In this document: positions 38,338 to 46,051 of the stretch, piece after piece
How the letters are laid out: every line of letters begins with the position of its first letter
How positions within the stretch are numbered: position 1 is the stretch's first letter
Assembly: GCA_041650715.1 (NCBI GenBank)
Contig: JBAZKQ010000001.1
Span: 587,146-651,145, forward strand
Source: Patescibacteria group bacterium
Lineage (GTDB): Bacteria; Patescibacteriota; Patescibacteriia; Patescibacteriales; UBA12465
DNA: 64,000 nt
Direction: 5' to 3'
The notes under the pieces: model-generated
The model's input: the letters and a program-made list of their open reading frames with translations, nothing else
Database searches by the model: none
What the model was told of the DNA's origin: nothing
Translations under genes and position numbers: made by a program

Positions 38338-39888
38338 TCATTTTTGATAATAGAAATCAAATAAAACTTCATTTAAAAAGGGGGAATAAAAACTGTCCGT
38401 TTGCGCCGGAAAGTCGACGCGCAAAAAATAATTATTTTCTACCGTCGCCTTAAAAGTTTGGTTCAAATTTTGTCCGCTCGGCAGCTCTTGCCAAAAATTA
38501 TTGTCCGTCGAGAATGAAAGCTTCCCTTCCGAACAAGGATTATCGGGAGAACCTAACTTGCTGGCGGCCAATTTTTTAATAGTTATCCCCGGTTCGGCAA
38601 TAATGGCATTATAAATTAACTCACCCGGCATTCTACTCTCAAAACCACGATCAGTAAAAACCCGGTTCGTCTCCATATTGTCCTGCCTAATCGTGGCCAG
38701 CAAGACGAACTTATCGGCCGCTGCCGCGACAAGGCGGAAAGAGGCCGATTCCCCGGAATTACTAAAGATATTTTGATAATCAGCTTCACCACTAATTTTA
38801 CCATCACTATTTTGCCAAAGTTTAATGAGCCGCGGACGACCCAAGCTCGAGCTATAGATATACCAATTAACAACCCGTCCATTAGTGGCTTTGATAATTT
38901 CCGGCCTAAAACCGGTCGCCATTACCCGAAAATCAAAAAAAGTACTGATATCCGTTACCGTAGCAGCCTGAAAACGATAGGCCTCACCGCGATAAGCGCC
39001 ATAAATTACTAAATAATCAGTATCGGAACCGCCGAAGCCAAACTGCCCCAAATAAGGAGAACTAATTTTTTCGGTCTGGTCGCCGAAAATAAGCGGACTA
39101 AATTTATTGCCATCAAAAATGTAGACCCTCCCTTGATAAGCGTCGCCCTCTTTTAGAGTTAGTCCAAGCAACCAGCGGGTGTCAAGCGCGCCAATCGTTA
39201 AAGCGACCACGTCGGCGGCCTTAATTTCACCGGGCAAAGCGAGAGGCTTCCCCTGATAACTTAAATGCTTCCCCGTTTGTTCTAAACAATTTCCGCCGAG
39301 ACAGCGCCGGTCAGAAATAACGAGAGGCTCTAAAAAATCACTTATTTTATTTTGAGCTAATGAATTACTTTTAGCTAACTCCGCTTCATTTTTTAAACTT
39401 TGACCGGAAGATTCTTCTTCCCAGGTATAGCGCGGCGGAAAATAAACGGCCGCCGCCAAATCATCGCGATAAAGCGTGCTCGCCGCTGAATTTAGTAAAT
39501 AATCACTCGCGAAACTATCAAAAAACGAACTGAATATCTGCGGCTTATCATCCACAATAATCTCGGAACTTAAGCACGGAACGCCTCCGTCGAGATTATC
39601 CTGCTCAGATAAGCGGGTTTGGGACTGCTCTCGGCTTAAGATCCGTTCAGTCATCGAGCCGGAATTCGAACCTTGATTAGCGGCCGCAAAATAAGTCCGG
39701 CAGCAAAATATAGTCAAATAATAAACAGCAATTAAAAAAAGACTAAAAATAATTAAATAGCCTAAATTTAAAAAATATTTATTTTTAACAGTTTTTCGCA
39801 TAGCCCGCTTTATAGCGCTTAGACTCACTTTATGAAAATGCCCCGCTATAGAGCGGGGCATTTTATAAAAACCGAGATTATTGAACAA
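38338..39888 (-). CDS. membrane-anchored hypothetical protein
   Basis: 516 aa. N-terminal TM, no recognisable motifs. Confidence 0.35.
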   Translation of the reverse strand: MFNNLGFYKMPRSIAGHFHKVSLSAIKRAMRKTVKNKYFLNLGYLIIFSLFLIAVYYLTIFCCRTYFAAANQGSNSGSMTERILSREQSQTRLSEQDNLDGGVPCLSSEIIVDDKPQIFSSFFDSFASDYLLNSAASTLYRDDLAAAVYFPPRYTWEEESSGQSLKNEAELAKSNSLAQNKISDFLEPLVISDRRCLGGNCLEQTGKHLSYQGKPLALPGEIKAADVVALTIGALDTRWLLGLTLKEGDAYQGRVYIFDGNKFSPLIFGDQTEKISSPYLGQFGFGGSDTDYLVIYGAYRGEAYRFQAATVTDISTFFDFRVMATGFRPEIIKATNGRVVNWYIYSSSLGRPRLIKLWQNSDGKISGEADYQNIFSNSGESASFRLVAAAADKFVLLATIRQDNMETNRVFTDRGFESRMPGELIYNAIIAEPGITIKKLAASKLGSPDNPCSEGKLSFSTDNNFWQELPSGQNLNQTFKATVENNYFLRVDFPAQTDSFYSPFLNEVLFDFYYQK

Positions 39889-40549
39889 TCATTGTACCGA
39901 CTTCACCACGAGCGGCATGTCCAGGAATATCACAGCGGAAAGTATAGGTTCCCTTTTTCGGGGCGTTCCAGGACTTAACGCGTGTTTCTCCACCGGCAAC
40001 GCCAAGCGCAGTCGCAGTCAAAGCGGTGTCATCAGGCAAGAAAACGTGAGTAAAGCTATCAGTTGAAGTTAAAACAAAGTTAACCAATTGACCTTCCTTA
40101 ACCGTAAAGGTGTTCGGCACAAAACCAGCACCGCTCACTGATAATTTAACGGTATTAGCACCGGTCGGAACTTGGCTCGCAGAAATTGGAGCTGATTCTT
40201 TAGGGGCATCGGCTGAGGACGGCATAACATTCAATTTAACCGGCGTGCCTTCCGGGGTCACAACTTTATTCTCCTTTGTAACTAAGCTGGTTCCAGTCGC
40301 AACTGAAACGGACGAGGCGATAATTTCCGGAGTAGCCGTCGCCGTTGAAACGACATCCTTCGAAGGAGCGATTTCTTCAGGCGAAGTTGTCGCGTTGCTC
40401 GCTTCCTGAGTAGGAGTAGTTATCCCCCCAGTCGGCAATTGGATTTTCTTGCTTTGGCTAATCGCGACAATAATGATAATCACCACCACCGCAATAACTC
40501 CAAGCAAAATAAACACTTTTTTCTTGTTTGTTTGCATAGATTTAAACAA
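39878..40549 (-). CDS. membrane-anchored cupredoxin (plastocyanin/azurin-like blue-copper domain)
   Basis: N-terminal TM, Thr/Ser/Pro linker, C-terminal C-x2-PGH-x4-GxM copper-site motif (FRCDIPGHAARGEVGTM). Confidence 0.55.
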   Translation of the reverse strand: MFKSMQTNKKKVFILLGVIAVVVIIIIVAISQSKKIQLPTGGITTPTQEASNATTSPEEIAPSKDVVSTATATPEIIASSVSVATGTSLVTKENKVVTPEGTPVKLNVMPSSADAPKESAPISASQVPTGANTVKLSVSGAGFVPNTFTVKEGQLVNFVLTSTDSFTHVFLPDDTALTATALGVAGGETRVKSWNAPKKGTYTFRCDIPGHAARGEVGTMIVQ

Positions 40550-40566
40550 TTTATATTTTAATTAAT

Positions 40567-41151
40567 TTAACGGCTTGACGTATAATCGTACTTTACTTTT
40601 AAATTCAATCTCTGCTGTAAAAGATTCGCCTGCTTAAGTTTGCCCTGGGCGATTAACTTATAGGTTTCACCAAATTGCACAAAATTATCGGCATTGACCT
40701 CCGGTTTCCAGCCCTGGCCGACGATACTCCGCCAAGCCTGATAATCACCCGCCATAATAGCGGCATCAATCTCACTGATTTTAGTCGTCAATACTTGAAA
40801 ATCTTGCTTTAAATTTAATTGCTTTTTGATTAGATTCGCCTCTTCGACTTTACCTTGCTGCAAAAGACGATAAACTTCTGTAAATTGAGAAAAATTGTCG
40901 CTCGTAATCTTTGCCTTGAGACTTTTATCGGTAACAAGACTGCTCCAGGTAGCGTAATCATTATTCATAATCGCCTCCTCAATCGCCACATTCTTTTCTT
41001 GAATGATGGCATCGCGAGCCGCATTAGCCTCGACCATCGCTTTAACAAAGAGCGGGGTGAGGGCAGCCAAACAAAGAAGAATAAATCCGATGGCTGAAAA
41101 AATTAATAATTTTTTGTGGTCGTGGAGATAGTTTTTAAATCTCTGCGTCAT
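40567..41151 (-). CDS. membrane-anchored protein with two ~55-aa internal repeats
   Basis: DYATWSSLVTD...ANLIKKQLNLKQ and DYQAWRSIVGQ...ANLLQQRLNLKVK. Confidence 0.35.
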   Translation of the reverse strand: MTQRFKNYLHDHKKLLIFSAIGFILLCLAALTPLFVKAMVEANAARDAIIQEKNVAIEEAIMNNDYATWSSLVTDKSLKAKITSDNFSQFTEVYRLLQQGKVEEANLIKKQLNLKQDFQVLTTKISEIDAAIMAGDYQAWRSIVGQGWKPEVNADNFVQFGETYKLIAQGKLKQANLLQQRLNLKVKYDYTSSR

Positions 41152-41269
41152 AGATTTTTTTTAAATTAATTTTTGCGAAGTTATATAAAATTTAATATAT
41201 ACTAATTATAGCATTTCGCCTTTTGATTGGCAACAAGTTTAAGCAAGCCCGCTTGGTTCACCACCGTTT

Positions 41270-42556
41270 TTAGCGAAGCTGGTTCTTCTGATAATTATAG
41301 TCAAAAGACTGGTTAAAACTCGTAATTATCTTCCGGTCGTCAGTTACCAGAGCCGACTCATCGTTATTGTAGGCGCCGGCCCGGCTCCAATTATTCGTTC
41401 CGAAAAAAATCTTTTGATTATCCACAATCAGCAGATGGTAATGCAGGAAGGGATCGAGACTCTCTACCGAGCTGGAAGCTAAAGCACTTGCCTCGTCGCC
41501 ACGCGGCGCGTCACTTATAATCTCTAAATTATTTAATTGATATTTCTGCTTGGCGGCTATTAGATTCTGAAAAACCGAGCTTTTATTATATAAATTACGA
41601 TTATCGGTAATTATTGTCACTTTTACCCCGGCGCGGGCGCGGGTGATTATTTCGTTCGCCAAACCAGAATCGGTAAAATCCCAAATCATAATTCTGATTT
41701 CCTGTTTGGCGCTATGCAATAATGTATAAATTCGATTGCTTAGACTATTACCCGGTACGCCTGGACCAAACCAAACTTCATAATTAGAGCCGCCGGCCGT
41801 CATGCTTAAATCCCAGGGATTATATTTTTTATCGCTGAGTTTTTTCGGTCCCGATTCCCCCTTAGCTAAGCGCTCAAACTCTCGCCCAAAACTCTTGATA
41901 AATTCGGCGTTACTCGTAATCAAGATAAAGCTGGGGTCATACTTTTCTTGAAGTTCAGTCCAATTATAGGAACCAAAAATTAATTTCTGGTTAGCTTCCC
42001 CACGATCGATGAGCGCAAATTTATGATGCATCAAAATGGTCTTGCCACTCTTCTCTTCCCCCAAGTCTAAGCGCTTAATGTTCGCCGGCATATCGGGCAG
42101 AGCTTCGTCATGCACTTCCTTTTTTCGAAAATCAAGAACCAGGGTAACCTTAACGCCACGCTTGGCAGCCGCATAAATCGCGTCTCTGATGCGCGGCGAC
42201 TTTAAAGAGTAGACCGCAATCTCCAACGATTTTTGCGCCTGATTTATTTCCGCCTCAATCCGATCGGAAAAAACTGTTGTGCCAAGTTCGTCATTAAACA
42301 GAAGATCAGCAGAAACCGGTTCATTAGATTGGATAATACGCGCCGGTTTATTATTGGTCGCTAAATAATTAGTCACCGGCTCGGACCAGCGCCGGGTCAG
42401 CTGGGCGACGAAAAATAAAAGTCCTAAAACCAGAAAGACGAGCAGTGTAATCCGAACTGATTTTTTCTTGATAATTTTTCTAAGTGTTTTTTTAAATTTC
42501 ATAGTGTTCGCTAAAAGTATCTTTCCCGCTATCTTCCGTCGCGAAGAAAACGACAA
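41270..42556 (-). CDS. phospholipase-D-family protein (two HKD-like motifs, N-terminal TM anchor)
   Basis: First motif HHKFALIDx12GSYN (HxKx4D...GSxN). Second motif HYHLLIVDNQKIFFGTNN, with K->H substitution. N-terminal hydrophobic anchor. Confidence 0.6.
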   Translation of the reverse strand: MSFSSRRKIAGKILLANTMKFKKTLRKIIKKKSVRITLLVFLVLGLLFFVAQLTRRWSEPVTNYLATNNKPARIIQSNEPVSADLLFNDELGTTVFSDRIEAEINQAQKSLEIAVYSLKSPRIRDAIYAAAKRGVKVTLVLDFRKKEVHDEALPDMPANIKRLDLGEEKSGKTILMHHKFALIDRGEANQKLIFGSYNWTELQEKYDPSFILITSNAEFIKSFGREFERLAKGESGPKKLSDKKYNPWDLSMTAGGSNYEVWFGPGVPGNSLSNRIYTLLHSAKQEIRIMIWDFTDSGLANEIITRARAGVKVTIITDNRNLYNKSSVFQNLIAAKQKYQLNNLEIISDAPRGDEASALASSSVESLDPFLHYHLLIVDNQKIFFGTNNWSRAGAYNNDESALVTDDRKIITSFNQSFDYNYQKNQLR

Positions 42557-44195
42557 TACTGGTCGGCAAATTAACTCGCAGCAAGTTCAAAAGCGCGTCG
42601 CAGTCGGCGTCATGCAAATCCGCCCAATAATTATCCACCGCGACGAAATAGGGGCGATTAGCCAAACAGTAAGCGACTTGCAATAATAGATTATTCTTCG
42701 GACTCTTGGTAAATTTATGCGCCTTAAGGCGCCAATCTTCTTTTTCAAAAAATATTTCTTTCAATTCCGGGTGGCCGTTAACTAAAGCCGAGATGCTGGC
42801 AAAATCTTCTTGGCTAATACGACTTTTCTCCCGGCCAGCGACTACCTCGAGCAAGGTGCGTTCGCTTTTAAATTTAGGGTCAATAAAATAAAAGCTGGCA
42901 TAGTGCTGAAAAAAATCATTATAAAAATATCGTTTGTCACGCGCTTTAATAATCCAGGCCCGTCGTCCGTATTCCCCGCGTCCGCAGAAAAGAGTGGCGA
43001 GCGTGCTTTTACCGCTCCGCCGGGCGCCGCTTATTAAATACTGCTTCCCGACCTTAAAAATAAATCGTAAATTTTTATAATAAGGCGATTTCTTAAATAA
43101 TTTTACTTTCGCGGACTTAAAAATCAATTCTTTAAAGCGCGGTTTCAGGTCACGGCCGATTTCCGGTGCCGTATTTTTCGGAACCGACAAAGAAAGGCCG
43201 AAGGTAAACGGTACGGAATAGAGACCGATACGCAAACTTTCATAAAGCAGGCGGGAAAAATAAACCGTGAAAATAACTAAAGCAAATTTATCGTTCGAAT
43301 CCGTCGTGGCGATAAAGTTAGAAATCTGCTGGTCATAAACGCTAAAAATCCAACCGAAAAAGATAATCAAAATAAAGACAACGCTGGCGCCGAAGCGCAG
43401 CCAAATATCGCGGCGCACCCGGAAATACGAATCAAGATCGACGAGATTATTAAAATCATTTAGCGTGGCCCGCTCACGATGGAAATATTTAGTAAATTGC
43501 CAATCCGATAAAGTAAAGTCAACCAATTTAATTATCTTGGAATAAAAAGTCGTTTCCCGCGAAACATAATAACGGGAAATGAAATAAGCGATGCCGGCAA
43601 TAATTATATTGATAATGAGGCCCGCGACGTAAAAAATTATCAGATGAGTACTGAAAACAAAACATAAAAACAAAAGAATAAGCGAATATAATAGCCAGCG
43701 AAGCGATCCCGCCAGACTATTGGTGAATCCCATGGCGAGCAGCGGGAGATGATACGATATTTTAGCTAATAATAGCCCTTTACTGTCAAGGTTCGCCGCC
43801 GCCGCTTCAGAATTAAGAGAAAGCTTGAACCACTTTAAACGCAGATTATTAATTAATTTTATAACCAGCGTCCGTTCCAATTTGATCGCAAAATAAGAAG
43901 CAAATAAATAAATAAGAGCGCCAACGGCAATAAAAACGAAAACCCGGCTATTGCTCATGAGGCCATAAATTTGCCCGCCGTTCTTTAAATAACGATGGCT
44001 CAGCAAAATCAAAATAACTTCCAGTATTCCCTGCACCAGCAAAAAAACCAAGGCGCGGGTAATTAGTTTTTTATGGCGGCCAAAGAATCTAAAAAGAAAA
44101 GCAAAATCATCGCGCGTCGGCCAGAGCGGCGAATTCTCCATGCGCTCGCCACGGCGGCGGCGCATTAAACTAATTTTTTTTGAGTCGATTGACAT
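42492..44195 (-). CDS. ABC-exporter-like protein (6-TM domain + degenerate NBD)
   Basis: N-terminal ~300 aa with ~6 TM helices. C-terminal Walker A GARRSGKST. Degenerate signature (NNLLLQVAYCLA instead of LSGGQ) and Walker B (VAVDN, no catalytic Glu). Overlaps the RT stop by 26 nt and the PLD start by 65 nt. Confidence 0.55.
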   Translation of the reverse strand: MSIDSKKISLMRRRRGERMENSPLWPTRDDFAFLFRFFGRHKKLITRALVFLLVQGILEVILILLSHRYLKNGGQIYGLMSNSRVFVFIAVGALIYLFASYFAIKLERTLVIKLINNLRLKWFKLSLNSEAAAANLDSKGLLLAKISYHLPLLAMGFTNSLAGSLRWLLYSLILLFLCFVFSTHLIIFYVAGLIINIIIAGIAYFISRYYVSRETTFYSKIIKLVDFTLSDWQFTKYFHRERATLNDFNNLVDLDSYFRVRRDIWLRFGASVVFILIIFFGWIFSVYDQQISNFIATTDSNDKFALVIFTVYFSRLLYESLRIGLYSVPFTFGLSLSVPKNTAPEIGRDLKPRFKELIFKSAKVKLFKKSPYYKNLRFIFKVGKQYLISGARRSGKSTLATLFCGRGEYGRRAWIIKARDKRYFYNDFFQHYASFYFIDPKFKSERTLLEVVAGREKSRISQEDFASISALVNGHPELKEIFFEKEDWRLKAHKFTKSPKNNLLLQVAYCLANRPYFVAVDNYWADLHDADCDALLNLLRVNLPTSIVVFFATEDSGKDTFSEHYEI

Positions 44196-45390
44196 GCTGG
44201 CTTGATAAGAAATGTTTATAAATCGAGACTAAGGGGATGCCTTTTAACTTTTCGTTAAGAAGGCGCCGGTTTTTAGGGGTATAGGTACCAAAAAAATAAC
44301 GGGTTAAAATATGGAAGAAAGCTTCGGAAACCGCTCGGACTTCTTCGGACTTAGTCACTAACTTTTTTTGCTCGGCAATTTGCTTAAACTGTTCGTATAA
44401 ATTATTGCGCTCTCTTTTCAAGGACTTAGTGATAAAATCCTTTTTCCTTTGCTCGTCATGCACGCGGTAATAATCAAATTGTGCACTCCAGCGCTTCAGC
44501 ATCTGCTTTAGGAAGCCCGGCTCCAGCCCGATAGCACCCGCGTTAAAATTATAACCTAAAAAATTAAAAACATCGTTAGCGCGGCCCAGTCTGGTTTTCT
44601 TTTCATTAATTTTTAAACCCAGTTCTCCCGCCGCCATTACCAAATGCTCATATAAAGGCTGCAGCCGTTCCGCTTTTTGATCAAAAATAATTAAATCATC
44701 GCCGACGCGGCGATAAAAGTCGGCTCGTGGGCCCGAGTATTTATCAAAATCATCCAAATATAAATTATTAAATAGAGCGACGAGCGGGACGCCCTGAATG
44801 ATACCCACTTCCCGGTTAACGACTTTGCCGTCCTTAATAATTTTATTGCCGATAAAGAGCTTTAAAAGTTTATAGACGTCACCCTCAAAATTCAGTTTCT
44901 CGATTTTTTTGAGCAGCAATACGGGGCTGATATAATTGGAGTAATCCGTTAAATCGGCGACCAGCGCAAAATCGCGATTATGATATTTTTTATAATGACG
45001 CACAACGCTGCGCGCGGCGAAATAACTTTGGTGCGAAGAACGATAGGAAAATAACCACTCGGAAAAATAAGCGTCGAAAAAGGGTTCAACTATTTGATAA
45101 ATCGCCTGCGCTTTGACTCTTTCCTTGAGATTATAAATATAGATCTCCCGCATTTTCTGGGGATTGTTTTTTTTCGGAATCGTAAAAAGAACGGCCGGCG
45201 AAAGCTCTTTAAAGGCAATCATTTCGCGGCGCACTTCCTTAATTAATTTAGCGGGATCAACCTCTAAATCACCTTGTTTCAAACCGTCATAACCCGCATA
45301 GCGCCCGGCGCGGCCGTCTGCATCCATTTGCTCGGCCAATTTCAAATAAGCCTTTTCGAGATTATCACGGGAAATTATTTCTTTAAACAT
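44170..45390 (-). CDS. reverse transcriptase (group-II-intron-like / retron-like RT domain, no maturase or intron RNA)
   Basis: Motif 0 ISRDNLEKAYLKL. Motifs 1-2 IPKKNNPQKMREIYIYNLKERVKAQAIYQIVEPFF. Motif 2a SYRSSHQSYFAA. Motif 3 FALVADLTDYSNYI. Motif 4 GIIQGVPLVALFNNLYL. Motif 5 FYRRVGDDLIIF (VGDD in place of YADD). Motif 6 LGLKINEKKTRLG. Motif 7 FNFLGY. ATG at 45390. The ORF track extends to a TTG at 45402. Confidence 0.8.
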   Translation of the reverse strand: MFKEIISRDNLEKAYLKLAEQMDADGRAGRYAGYDGLKQGDLEVDPAKLIKEVRREMIAFKELSPAVLFTIPKKNNPQKMREIYIYNLKERVKAQAIYQIVEPFFDAYFSEWLFSYRSSHQSYFAARSVVRHYKKYHNRDFALVADLTDYSNYISPVLLLKKIEKLNFEGDVYKLLKLFIGNKIIKDGKVVNREVGIIQGVPLVALFNNLYLDDFDKYSGPRADFYRRVGDDLIIFDQKAERLQPLYEHLVMAAGELGLKINEKKTRLGRANDVFNFLGYNFNAGAIGLEPGFLKQMLKRWSAQFDYYRVHDEQRKKDFITKSLKRERNNLYEQFKQIAEQKKLVTKSEEVRAVSEAFFHILTRYFFGTYTPKNRRLLNEKLKGIPLVSIYKHFLSSQHVNRLKKN

Positions 45391-45414
45391 AAAAAAAATC
45401 AAATACCCTGGTCG

Positions 45415-45684
45415 CTACTTCTAAGCTGACCGAACCTTAACGGACGGCCATCATTTAAATGACAATGAGTCTTTCCCTTGATAAGGGAGAGATTTTCTTT
45501 TCGACTATTACATATCTAATATGTGATAGTCTTTTCGCACGGCCGTAAGGCTTTGCGATTTTTCGCGGACGTAAGTCTGCGTTTTTTCGGATTTAATTAA
45601 TTCATAAAATGCCACCGGCACTAGCGGTTTTTTTATGGCATCAACCGATTAATTCTTAATGCCTCTTTCGAGTTTTAGAAGTAG
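45415..45684. ncRNA. structured non-coding unit 1 (~270 nt) flanked by 10-bp terminal inverted repeat ctacttctaa/ttagaagtag; candidate RT-associated ncRNA
   Basis: No ORF. At least four hairpins, including GNRA-type loops (ggcc-gtaa-ggct). Contains the 12-bp palindrome tcatttaaatga. Homologous to unit 2 with compensatory changes. Confidence 0.55.
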
Positions 45685-45743
45685 TCGCCAGGATATTTAA
45701 TTTTAAAATTACTAAAAACTGTTAACTATAAATATCCTGATAA

Positions 45744-45988
45744 CTACTCCTAAGCTGGTCAAACCTTTACGGACGACCATCATTTAAATGACAATGAGTC
45801 CTCTTCTTGAGAAGGAGAGGATTTTCTTTCGCTATTGCATAGTTTACTATGCAGTAGTCTTATACGTGAAGCCGCAAGGCAACATGTATAATTCGGATTT
45901 AATTAATTCATGAGCGTCACCGGCATTAGCGGTTTTTTGCGGCGCCGACCGATTAATTCTTAATGCCTCTTACGAGTTTTAGAAGTAG
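45744..45988. ncRNA. structured non-coding unit 2 (~245 nt), tandem copy of unit 1 (~80% identity), flanked by ctactcctaa/ttagaagtag
   Basis: Same hairpins as unit 1 with covarying stems (acatat/atatgt -> gcatag/ctatgc; tctttccctt/aagggagaga -> tcctcttctt/aaggagagga). One hairpin deleted relative to unit 1. Confidence 0.55.
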
Positions 45989-46051
45989 TTGTCAGGATAT
46001 TTAATTTTAAAAATACAGAGACTTTACGATCGCTCTAATTTATTATGTCAT

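Noticed and set aside
44170-46051. Diversity-generating retroelement (RT + TR next to the 3' end of a giant variable protein gene)
   Set aside because: The two repeats next to the RT are both intergenic (the giant ORF ends at 46052, outside them). They differ at all base types rather than adenine-specifically. The RT motif 4 is QGVPLVA, not the DGR-type IGxxxSQ. I found no VR-like copy in the 3' ends of the neighbouring genes by eye. This remains testable by DGRscan.
44170-46051. Mobile group II intron
   Set aside because: The RT ORF overlaps the next CDS at its 3' end, and the 5' side is occupied by the tandem units. No domain V (AGC triad, 34-nt hairpin) and no maturase-X or En domain are recognisable. 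I infer a domesticated or retron-like RT instead.
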